26,473 nucleotides of DNA from Promethearchaeota archaeon (GTDB lineage: Archaea > Asgardarchaeota > Lokiarchaeia > Sigyniarchaeales > SOKP01): positions 1 through 26,473 of the forward strand of contig JAGXNO010000045.1 of assembly GCA_019894975.1 (NCBI GenBank), given 5' to 3'. The notes below the pieces were generated by a model, which saw only the letters and a program-made list of their open reading frames with translations, ran no database searches and was not told the DNA's origin. Positions 1 through 7,946 of this stretch are shown one piece after another; the stretch's first letter is position 1, and each line of letters begins with the position of its first letter. Both the position numbers and the translations under genes were made by a program.

Positions 1-12
1 ATCTCACTGAGT

Positions 13-594
13 TCAAATTCTTGTTTTGTAGAAATAGAGGTTTTTTCTTCGGTTTTTTTTTAAATTTTCACCAAATTTAATAATGTACCATATCTCTATA
101 GTTACCCCTATAGTTGTAATTATAAACGGGGCAAGAAAATGTATATATTCTATCAGAAATCCACCCAAAACTCCTGTAGGAATTCCACCAATACCTCTAA
201 CAGCATGAACAATTCCAAAGTTTTCCCCTTTTCTGGATTCACCAAGATCAGTCATCATGGATAACTCGGAAGGGATGAAAGTCGATGCTGTTGCACCCCA
301 AAATATTTGACATAGAACCAATAACGGAATTAATAATGATGTATTTCCAAGGCTCCAAGTGATCCAAGTTATAATATTAAGTGGGAAAATTATCAACCCA
401 AAAGATACACAAAAAATCAACGACTTTTTTATTCCAATTTTATGTGTCAATTTACCTGCTGGAATCTGGAAAATGATCATGGAAATACTAAATACAAGGC
501 TCAATATTGCCAAATCATCAACATTTATGTTATAATTTTCCTGTAAACCCGCATTATAGACACTTCCGGTGATCTGCCATATGAATATATCCAT
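13..594 (-). pseudogene. MFS transporter, C-terminal half only (about 6 TM helices); N-terminally truncated
   Basis: Hydrophobic helices with MFS-like motifs (QIPAGKLTHKIGIKK resembles motif A; ESRKGENFG; GGFLIEYI). Only 193 aa. The frame is closed by an in-frame TAA at 619-621, and only 70 bp separate it from the PAN stop, so there is no room for the N-terminal half. Confidence 0.6.
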
Positions 595-664
595 GGTTAG
601 AAAAATGGTTTGAGTTGATTAAGAAGAAAAATAAAAATGAGTTTCAAAATTTCTACTTTGCATC

Positions 665-1876
665 TTAAATGAAAAGCGATAAGGGGCCTTGATCTCTACT
701 TTTAATCATCATTGTCTTATCGATTGCATCTAAAAAGTCCTCATTTGAAATAACTTCAGAATTTCTTCTTATTGCATACATTCCGGCTTCTGTACAAATA
801 CCTTTGATATCAGAACCATTTGTATCTTTGGTAAGCTCTACTAATGCTTTAAGATTTATCTCATTTTCGATATGCAAATTTCTCATATGAATTCTAAATA
901 TAGACTCTCTCGCTTTATCATCAGGTAGGGGAAATTCAACTATTCTGTCAAATCGACCCGGTCTTAACAAGGCAGGATCTAATATATCAATTCTATTCGT
1001 TGCTGCTATAAATTTTATATTACCCCGCTCATCAAATCCATCTAATTCACTTAGGAGTTGCATTAAAGTCCTATTGACTTCTCTGTCTCCTGATGTCGCA
1101 TCATCCATTCTAATCGAACCTATTGCATCTAATTCATCAATAAATAAGATCGTGGGGGCTTTTTTTTTAGCCAGTTTAAAAATTTCTCTCACATATTGAG
1201 CCCCCTCACCGATGAATTTATGAACTAATTCAGTTCCAACTACTTTTATAAATGTAGCATTAGTTTCATGAGCAACAGCTTTCGCCAGCAATGTTTTACC
1301 TGTTCCAGGAAAACCATAAAAAAGAGCCCCTTTAGGAGGATCTATACCGATTTTTTTAAACAATTCAGGTTTCATTAAAGGTAATTCTATTATCTCTCTT
1401 ACTTCTTGAATTTGATCATTCAATCCACCAATATCATCATAAGAAACATCAAATGGAGTATCTATTATCTCCATTCCTTTTACGAATGGATCAATCTCAT
1501 TAGGTAAAATTTCCATTACAGTAAAATTTCTTTGGTTTAAAGCTACTCTTAGACCAGGAGATAATCTAACGTTCTGAAGTTTTCTACTAACTTTAACAAC
1601 ATAACTTGCATTAGGGGGGCAATTTACAATAGTACGGTCATTTTTATCATCTAGAACATCAATTATGTTAGCAGTCATAAGAGGTATTTCCTCAAAACGC
1701 TCGACTTCTGTTTTAAGCCTATTTTCTTCGTATTCTAAGTTTGACAATTCTGGCTTTAACGTATCTATTTCATTTTTAAGATTTTTAATTTTTCTTTCAA
1801 GATATTGAATATATGAAGAAATATCTTCATTATTCTCTGGTTTTCTGGAATTATTGTTAATTTCTGATGATGCCAA
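665..1876 (-). CDS. pan: Proteasome-activating nucleotidase (AAA+ ATPase)
   Basis: N-terminal coiled coil and OB region, YDDIGGL, Walker A GFPGTGKT, pore loop KFIGEG, Walker B ILFIDELD, SRH ATNRIDILDPALLRPGRFDR, C-terminal LFI (HbYX-like). TTG start. Confidence 0.93.
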   Translation of the reverse strand: MASSEINNNSRKPENNEDISSYIQYLERKIKNLKNEIDTLKPELSNLEYEENRLKTEVERFEEIPLMTANIIDVLDDKNDRTIVNCPPNASYVVKVSRKLQNVRLSPGLRVALNQRNFTVMEILPNEIDPFVKGMEIIDTPFDVSYDDIGGLNDQIQEVREIIELPLMKPELFKKIGIDPPKGALFYGFPGTGKTLLAKAVAHETNATFIKVVGTELVHKFIGEGAQYVREIFKLAKKKAPTILFIDELDAIGSIRMDDATSGDREVNRTLMQLLSELDGFDERGNIKFIAATNRIDILDPALLRPGRFDRIVEFPLPDDKARESIFRIHMRNLHIENEINLKALVELTKDTNGSDIKGICTEAGMYAIRRNSEVISNEDFLDAIDKTMMIKSRDQGPLSLFI

Positions 1877-1967
1877 TTTTTGTTTCAGAACTTTTTTTAT
1901 TAATTAAGATTAGTAAACTAACCAAGAGATATAACTTTTAACTTTTTGATCCCCATACTCCTCTATT

Positions 1968-2819
1968 TCATTGGTTTTTCATTTCATTTAATTTTTTATC
2001 TATCACTTCTCGCATATATTTGAATCCTGGAGTTAAATTCTCATTTAATTTTGGAATCAATTGTCTTAAAGGAAACTTTAAACCTTGACCCGCGCCTGTT
2101 TGAAATAAATTTTCCAATACATAGAAAATGTAGCTTGCAGGCATTCCAATTCCTAGTTCGTGATCTTGAATTCCAGCGAATGAGCGATCACCAGTGCCAG
2201 GGATGACGATTTGAGCTTTTTGGGTAATAAACGGCATTAATCCGCCCTTAGAGCAACTTTCTCCGAAACCTTCAAAGGTTGATTGTATTCTATATTTGCG
2301 TTTGTGTTCATAATTTAATGCGTTTATAATGTATGTGAGTTTTGGTCCATCACAATAAATCAAAATAGAATCTGGAATAACAGGTGTTTCTGTTAGCGGA
2401 GAGACAATTACGCCACGATATGCTAACTCTATTATATTTTTAAAGTTATTCGCATAAGTATGTTCTGCTCTCCTTTTTTCAGCTTGAACGTCTTTTGACC
2501 ATTTTTGACGTACTTGAGATTCTGTGAATTCTTCCATCGTGAGAGGAACCCATCCATGCGCGACGGAGGACGGAGTGCAAAAATTGTCCGCTGCTGTAAT
2601 GGATAATTTTTGGCGAAATCTACGAGCATAAGTAAAAGCTTGGCAGATTGACACATTCTCTCCATTATCGATAGGTCTTCTAACTCCCGGAGGGATCTCC
2701 TTTTTAAGATCTTTTATATACTTTATCGATACTGGAAACGAATCAAGATGTAGTTTATTAAATATTTCTTCTCCAGCATTTTGATAATCCTCTAAAGTCA
2801 TATTTTTATTACTCATCAT
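1968..2819 (-). CDS. DUF169 (COG2043) family protein
   Basis: Motif pattern LDSFPVSIK, CQAFTYARR, NFC, SPL..PDSILIY, ESCS, PGTGDR, ELGIGMP, recognised as typical of DUF169. Confidence 0.8.
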   Translation of the reverse strand: MMSNKNMTLEDYQNAGEEIFNKLHLDSFPVSIKYIKDLKKEIPPGVRRPIDNGENVSICQAFTYARRFRQKLSITAADNFCTPSSVAHGWVPLTMEEFTESQVRQKWSKDVQAEKRRAEHTYANNFKNIIELAYRGVIVSPLTETPVIPDSILIYCDGPKLTYIINALNYEHKRKYRIQSTFEGFGESCSKGGLMPFITQKAQIVIPGTGDRSFAGIQDHELGIGMPASYIFYVLENLFQTGAGQGLKFPLRQLIPKLNENLTPGFKYMREVIDKKLNEMKNQ

Positions 2820-2864
2820 ATATTCAACTTTTATTATTCGTTTTATTAATGTATTTTTAATCTC

Positions 2865-3695
2865 TTATTTCTTAATTCTTTTTCTTAAATAATCCCACAC
2901 TCCCGGTTCAACAGGATTTTCGAAAATAGTTCCTGCGGATAACATAGGGTTTAAATGAGGGATTCCAAAAGGAGCAAAACTCAACTTTTTACCTGCAAGA
3001 AATAAATTATCAAGTACCATTTCTAATTTGGATTCAGGTATTGAAAATATCATTTCATGGTCTTGAACTGCGGCTAATACACGATCTCCCATGCCTGGTG
3101 AAACAACTTGACATTCATTTGTTTTATACGTTCGAACGATTCCTTCCTTACAAGAAGCTTCCATTCCGTTAAAGTGGCTTGTAATGCATTCTCCATTGTA
3201 AGTCGCAGCCAATATTAGATGGGAAAGACTTAAAGGCGAAGTATATATCATTACTACATCTGGTTTGACAATTGTCATGTTTAGTGGTGATACCACAAAA
3301 CCTTGAATTTCTCCAAGATCTAACATGACATCTAACTCCCGAGACTTCTTTTCTGCTTCTGCATTTCTTTTGTATCTCGCTTTACTCTCCCAAGCTTTAT
3401 AGACATCATCTGGATCTGCTGTTTGTTCCAAACCAAAATATTTTATTGATACTGGTTTACATGCAATATCGTCAGCTTGTAAATAAAAAGAGAAACCTGA
3501 ATGTCTACACCATGTATAAATTAAACAAGCGGGGATATCTCGACCAAATACTTTATATGGTCGAAGGGCATTTGATGTAACTTCCTCACCCGGAGGTATC
3601 ATTTTTATTGCAACAGGATACGTCATTAACTTCAATTTATTAATGAAGGTTTGACCCATTTCTTTATACTTCTCCAATTCTTCCATAAGCTTCAC
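2865..3695 (-). CDS. DUF169 (COG2043) family protein, paralog of the downstream gene
   Basis: LMTYPVAIK, CLIYTWCR, IAC, SPL..PDVVMIY, EASC, PGMGDR, EMIFSIP. GTG start preceded by an AGGA. Confidence 0.8.
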   Translation of the reverse strand: MKLMEELEKYKEMGQTFINKLKLMTYPVAIKMIPPGEEVTSNALRPYKVFGRDIPACLIYTWCRHSGFSFYLQADDIACKPVSIKYFGLEQTADPDDVYKAWESKARYKRNAEAEKKSRELDVMLDLGEIQGFVVSPLNMTIVKPDVVMIYTSPLSLSHLILAATYNGECITSHFNGMEASCKEGIVRTYKTNECQVVSPGMGDRVLAAVQDHEMIFSIPESKLEMVLDNLFLAGKKLSFAPFGIPHLNPMLSAGTIFENPVEPGVWDYLRKRIKK

Positions 3696-3881
3696 TTTTA
3701 TGTCCTATTTACTTTCTAAAAGTTCCATATCTTTTAAATCAAACTAAAGATTTGAAAGAACCGAGTTTACTTGTCCTTTTAGACCTTTTGAAACTAACTT
3801 GAAGAGAAATATATATAGATTAATAATTTAAAAGCGATTTTTTAAAAAAAAAAGAAAAACATTCATGACTATAGTAGTTAA

Positions 3882-3887
3882 GAGGTG
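3882..3887 (+). promoter_or_regulatory. Shine-Dalgarno site GAGGTG
   Basis: GAGGTG 5 nt upstream of ATG 3893. Confidence 0.6.
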
Positions 3888-3892
3888 TAATA

Positions 3893-5251
3893 ATGGAAGT
3901 AAATAACAAAACAAAAATACTACCAATAATAGACAAGTACCCCAAAGTCTATGATGAAATCTATAAAATTAATCCAAGGGTAAAGCGTTTCAAAAACCCG
4001 ATTGCTCGCAAAACTATAGGTAAGAAAGCTACAGTAGAATGGGTATCAGATTTATTGAACATCCCAATTGAGAAACTCATCTCTATAATTCAAGGGTCTG
4101 TTGAATCAAGTAGTGGGGAAATGACATATGAAGAACGTAAGGACATCTTGAAAGATCTTCTATTAAAAATACATGAAGGTGGAGAATTCGAAGAGCTTAA
4201 AGAAATGTTTAGAAATGCTGTGGGAGACATAACTGCTCCTGAAATAGGCCAATTAGAACAGGAGTTAATTAACGAGGGTTCATTGGAAATTAAAGATATT
4301 GCTAAGTTAAGCGATTTACACGTGGCATTATTTAAGGAATCTTTAGATGAAAAACCAGATTTCGACACAATCCCGGGTCATCCTATTCATACTTATCTCC
4401 AAGAGAACATCGAGATAATCAATTTGATTAGACAAATTAGGTCTGCACAAGGAGAGGAAAAATTAAGATTGTTTAAAGAACTCTCTCAGGTAGAAATTCA
4501 CTATACTCGAAAAGAAAACCAAGTATTTCCCATATTAGAAAAAATTGGAATATCTGGTCCACCTCAGGTAATGTGGGCAGTTCATGATAAGATTAGGGCA
4601 GGATTAAAAACAGAAAAAGCAGAAGATATTGAATCAATATTAGAACAGGTCGAAGATATGATTTATAAAGAGGAACATATTCTTTTTCCAATGATATTGG
4701 AAGGATTCGAGGATGTTGATTGGGTGAGCGTCCGTGAAGGTGAAGAAGAGATTGGATATGCCTTCGGAGTTACCCCCGGAACAGATTGGAAGCCAATTAC
4801 AGCTGGTGATGTTCACAAACCTGTAGAAGTTGAGGCTATAGGAGATAAACTTAATCTTGATGTTGGAAATCTATCTCCAGAACAAATCAATATTATGCTT
4901 AAGGCTCTACCAGTTGACATTACATTTGTAAACGAAAAAGATGAGGTTGCCTATTATTCTGACACCGAAGATAGGATTTTCCCTCGAAGTAAGGGTATCA
5001 TTGGAAGAGCGGTTCAAAATTGCCATCCTCCTAAAAGCGTACACGTTGTAGAAGACATTCTAAAAAAGTTTAAATCTGGTGAAAAAGATGTGGCAGAATT
5101 TTGGATACAAATGGACAGTAATTTTATATTGATTCGTTATTTTGCTATGCGAGATGAAGAAGGGAAATATGTAGGCACGCTAGAAGTTTCTCAAGAACTT
5201 TCACGGTTAAGAGCACTTGAAGGAGAACGACGATTAGTTCAGTGGTCTTAA
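3893..5251 (+). CDS. DUF438 / hemerythrin-like / PAS_10 domain protein
   Basis: DUF438-like EIGQLEQELI; hemerythrin-like HPIHTYLQEN, HYTRKENQVFP, MWAVHD, MIYKEEHILFP; C-terminal PAS LPVDITFV...IIGRAVQNCHPPKS...GKYVGTLEVSQ. Confidence 0.88.
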   Translation: MEVNNKTKILPIIDKYPKVYDEIYKINPRVKRFKNPIARKTIGKKATVEWVSDLLNIPIEKLISIIQGSVESSSGEMTYEERKDILKDLLLKIHEGGEFEELKEMFRNAVGDITAPEIGQLEQELINEGSLEIKDIAKLSDLHVALFKESLDEKPDFDTIPGHPIHTYLQENIEIINLIRQIRSAQGEEKLRLFKELSQVEIHYTRKENQVFPILEKIGISGPPQVMWAVHDKIRAGLKTEKAEDIESILEQVEDMIYKEEHILFPMILEGFEDVDWVSVREGEEEIGYAFGVTPGTDWKPITAGDVHKPVEVEAIGDKLNLDVGNLSPEQINIMLKALPVDITFVNEKDEVAYYSDTEDRIFPRSKGIIGRAVQNCHPPKSVHVVEDILKKFKSGEKDVAEFWIQMDSNFILIRYFAMRDEEGKYVGTLEVSQELSRLRALEGERRLVQWS

Positions 5252-5348
5252 TCTATATATATAATTAGAATAAATATTTCGAAGAATCAATTATTTCATT
5301 CCAAATTAATAGTCAATATTTTTATCTATTTTTTCATTAATTTATTTT

Positions 5349-5783
5349 ATGTCAGATTTAAAGCCAGTTCTATGGGAAGATTATGAAATTGGTCAATCCG
5401 CAGAATTTACAAAAACTATTACCGAAGAAGACGTTATGAAATTTGCGGAAGTGACAGGAGATTTCAATCCTATTCACGTGAATCCTGAATATGCAAAAAC
5501 ACAGATGTTTGGAAAGCAAGTAGCACATGGTGCTTTGAGTTCTGGGTTAATTTCGGCTGTTTTAGGGTTTAAATTATTTGGTCCAGGTATTTTATATGGT
5601 GGTCAAACAGTAAAATTTGTTGCTCCGGTATTTTTCGGTGATACATTAACTGCTGTTGCTACAGTGAAAGAAAAGTTTGCCAAAAAAGAAGGTAAATTAA
5701 AGTTTATTATCTGTGATACTATAGTAAAAAACCAAGATGATAAAGTAGTAACTTCGGGAGAAGGAACAATAGTTTTTATGTAA
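5349..5783 (+). CDS. MaoC family (R)-specific enoyl-CoA hydratase / dehydratase
   Basis: Hydratase motif FAEVTGDFNPIH...VAHG, followed by FVAPVFFGDTL. Confidence 0.92.
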   Translation: MSDLKPVLWEDYEIGQSAEFTKTITEEDVMKFAEVTGDFNPIHVNPEYAKTQMFGKQVAHGALSSGLISAVLGFKLFGPGILYGGQTVKFVAPVFFGDTLTAVATVKEKFAKKEGKLKFIICDTIVKNQDDKVVTSGEGTIVFM

Positions 5784-5846
5784 AACTCTAAAAAATTTAT
5801 TTCTTTTTCATATTTTTTAGTCTTTCTAGAGCTGCTTCATACTTTT

Positions 5847-6416
5847 TTAGTATTCAATTCCATATCGAGCAGTTAATCCTTGTGACGAATAATAATGCTT
5901 TATCATTCTCATCTCTGTAACTAAATCAGCAATTTCCTTTATTTTAGGATGCATCTTTGGGCCCCCTGTAAGGATTAACTCAACCTGTTCAGGTTTATTT
6001 TTTATCAACTCTAACACAGGCTCAACGGTAATTACATTCATAGATATAGCAACCCCAACCTCATCAAGAATAACAATGTCATAATCATCACTCATAATAG
6101 TTTCCTTAGCAAAATCGAGAGCTTTTGTTCCCTCATTAATATCAAAATCACTTGGTTCTGCTATTAGATCGGGACTGCCAAACTGTTTTAGATCAAAGTT
6201 TGATATGCCTTTAATAGCTTCTATTTCCCCATATTTATAATTTCCTTTCATAAATTGAATCATATAAACTTTAAATCCATGACCCGTTGCGCGTACTCCT
6301 TGACCTATTGCTGCGGTTGTTTTACCCTTAGGCACTACTGTTTATATCACAGTTGTTTTACCCCTTCCAAAGTATACCTGCACTAGACCAAGTTTTAGTC
6401 GTTTTCTATCACTCAT
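5847..6416 (-). CDS. cobO: Cob(I)yrinic acid a,c-diamide adenosyltransferase (CobA/CobO/BtuR family), interrupted by a 30-nt insertion; predicted exons 6416-6358 and 6327-5847, 179 aa spliced
   Basis: ATG 6416 reads MSDRKRLKLGLVQVYFGRGK[TTVI*TVVPK]GKTTAAIGQGVRATGHG...QFMKG...ILDE...ADLVTEM...GIEY. The family N-terminus (GLVQVY.G) lies upstream of the GTG 6335 used by the ORF track, in the same frame but behind a TAA at 6342-6344. Confidence 0.85.
6316..6363. repeat. 12-bp direct repeat GTTGTTTTACCC (6316-6327 and 6352-6363)
   Basis: Two perfect copies 36 nt apart, at the cobO insertion site. Confidence 0.9.
6328..6357 (-). other. Candidate 30-nt BHB/BHL (tRNA-type) intron in cobO mRNA
   Basis: RNA reads GGGU-AA^A-AC(A)ACUGU-GAUAUAA-ACAGU(A)GU-GCCU-AA^G: 4-bp helix GGGU/GCCU, two 3-nt bulges and an internal hairpin. 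Excision restores GGA AGG GGT AAG GGT AAA ACA ACC (GRGKGKTT). Confidence 0.65.
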
Positions 6417-6539
6417 TTTATCAGATTTTTTAACTAATTTTTTATTAGTTAAATGAATGGTTTCTTTCATTTTAATTTTATTGAATAATAAATTAGCAAT
6501 CTCAAACTGTTATAGAATTTAAAAATTATCAATATTTTA

Positions 6540-7820
6540 ATGAGTTTAATGAATCCTTTAAAATTGATTGAAGGTTTAAAGATTGAACTACAAAAATTTG
6601 GAGAAAAACTAACAGAAATTTTTCCAGAGAGAGTAAAAAGGTTATCAGATCAAAATTTTTCGAAAGTTTGGGGGATAGATGTTAATAAATTAAAAGTCAG
6701 ATTAAGAAAAGGGTCTGAAATAACTACGACAGCTATTGAGGAATTAAGGAATAACTTAAATTAGTTATTAGGTGAAAAATCGGATACTTGTCTGAAATTA
6801 ATTGATAAATTCAATAAAAAAGAGATTCAGCCATTCGACTTTATTGAATCACTGAGGTGGGAAATTGGGCAATATTCTGGTTTAATTGAAGTTCTAGATG
6901 AAGAAATCTCAACTCTTTTATTTGAAAATCCGAGATATATTGTTTTTTTAAAACAATGCTTGAATAATCCTAATTTTCCTCAATTTAATCCAAATAAAAA
7001 ATTTTCAATTCGAAAATTAAATAAATTCAAGGCTATTTTTCATCAGATTTTTGAAGATAAGGCAGAAAATTTCATTTTAATGATTGAGAATTATATTTCA
7101 AACAATTCTGATTTACCAGAATATTCTCATCACCAATATTCTATAAAGTATCCCCATATTTTTGATAAGATTGATACAGTAGAAAAAGCGTATTGGTTAG
7201 GATTCTTTTGTGCTGATGCGAGTTTATTTGTCCGACCTACCAATAAATATGAAATTTGTTTAGAAATTTCAAGTAAAGACAAAGCAGAACTTTACAAACT
7301 TGCGAAATTTGTAGGAATTGACGAAAAGCGTATTAAGGATCGTGTAAGGTTAGTTAAATTAAAGGAAGGGAAGATTTCATTATCAAAGATGTCAAAATTG
7401 AGATTTTTATGTCTCCCAATGGGAGAGGCATTAATTAAAAATGGTAAATTTGGATCCGGTTCCGAAGATGGTAAGAAAAGAGTACCAAATATTATTAAAA
7501 AATTATTAAGAATTGCGTTTAAAAAAGATCATACTTTAACGGAATCACAAGAAGGGAAAATTAGTTTAACTTGGTTATTGGGTTATTTTGATGGTGATGG
7601 TACCGTTTATTATGATAGAAAAGGATTGAAATTTTCTGGGGAAATCATATCATCGAGTAAAGCACTACTCGAAGATATGAAAGATGTATATAAAATAGAA
7701 AATATAATTGGATTTAAAGATAAGAATCAAGGAACCTATAGATTAGCTATTGGACCGGATATCTATAAAAAGATGATGTCAATTTATCCTAAGAGTTTAC
7801 AACGAAAAAGACCCGGATAA
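6540..7820 (+). pseudogene. Free-standing double-motif LAGLIDADG endonuclease-like protein (426 codons) with a single in-frame TAG at 6762-6764
   Basis: ORFs 6540-6764 and 6960-7820 are in one frame, joined by 65 open codons. LAGLIDADG-type helices EKAYWLGFFCADAS (~7182-7223) and WLLGYFDGDGT (~7572-7604). Two approximate N-terminal repeats. Confidence 0.75.
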
Positions 7821-7946
7821 TTCCAAAGTAAACTTGCACTAACCCTTCTTTCAATCTTTTTCTACTTGACCTCATTTTTTTACCTAATAGTTTATTAAAT
7901 TTTGAAAAGAATTAAAACTTTGTAAGAAGCGCACGAAATAGAAACT

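Noticed and set aside
665-1876. PAN variants (Walker A GFPGTGKT, C-terminal LFI) as novel features
   Set aside because: All catalytic motifs are intact and Hb-F-X termini fall within known PAN variation.
5847-6335. GTG 6335 as the real cobO start (ORF track)
   Set aside because: It removes the conserved GLVQVY.G strand and half of the P-loop, and lies inside the inserted hairpin.
6328-6357. Ribosomal bypassing (T4 gene 60 style) or stop read-through as the way to express cobO
   Set aside because: The stop is not adjacent to the Lys take-off codon. Hopping from the ATA before the stop to the next ATA, or reading through, does not restore GxGKGKTT.
6749-6775. Hairpin AATAACT-TAAATT-AGTTATT over the amber codon, as a second BHB intron (27 nt, frame-preserving)
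   Set aside because: The required 4-bp helix (AUUA/AGGU) has an A-A mismatch and two G-U pairs, and the protein's internal repeat aligns without a gap across this segment. A point nonsense change fits better.
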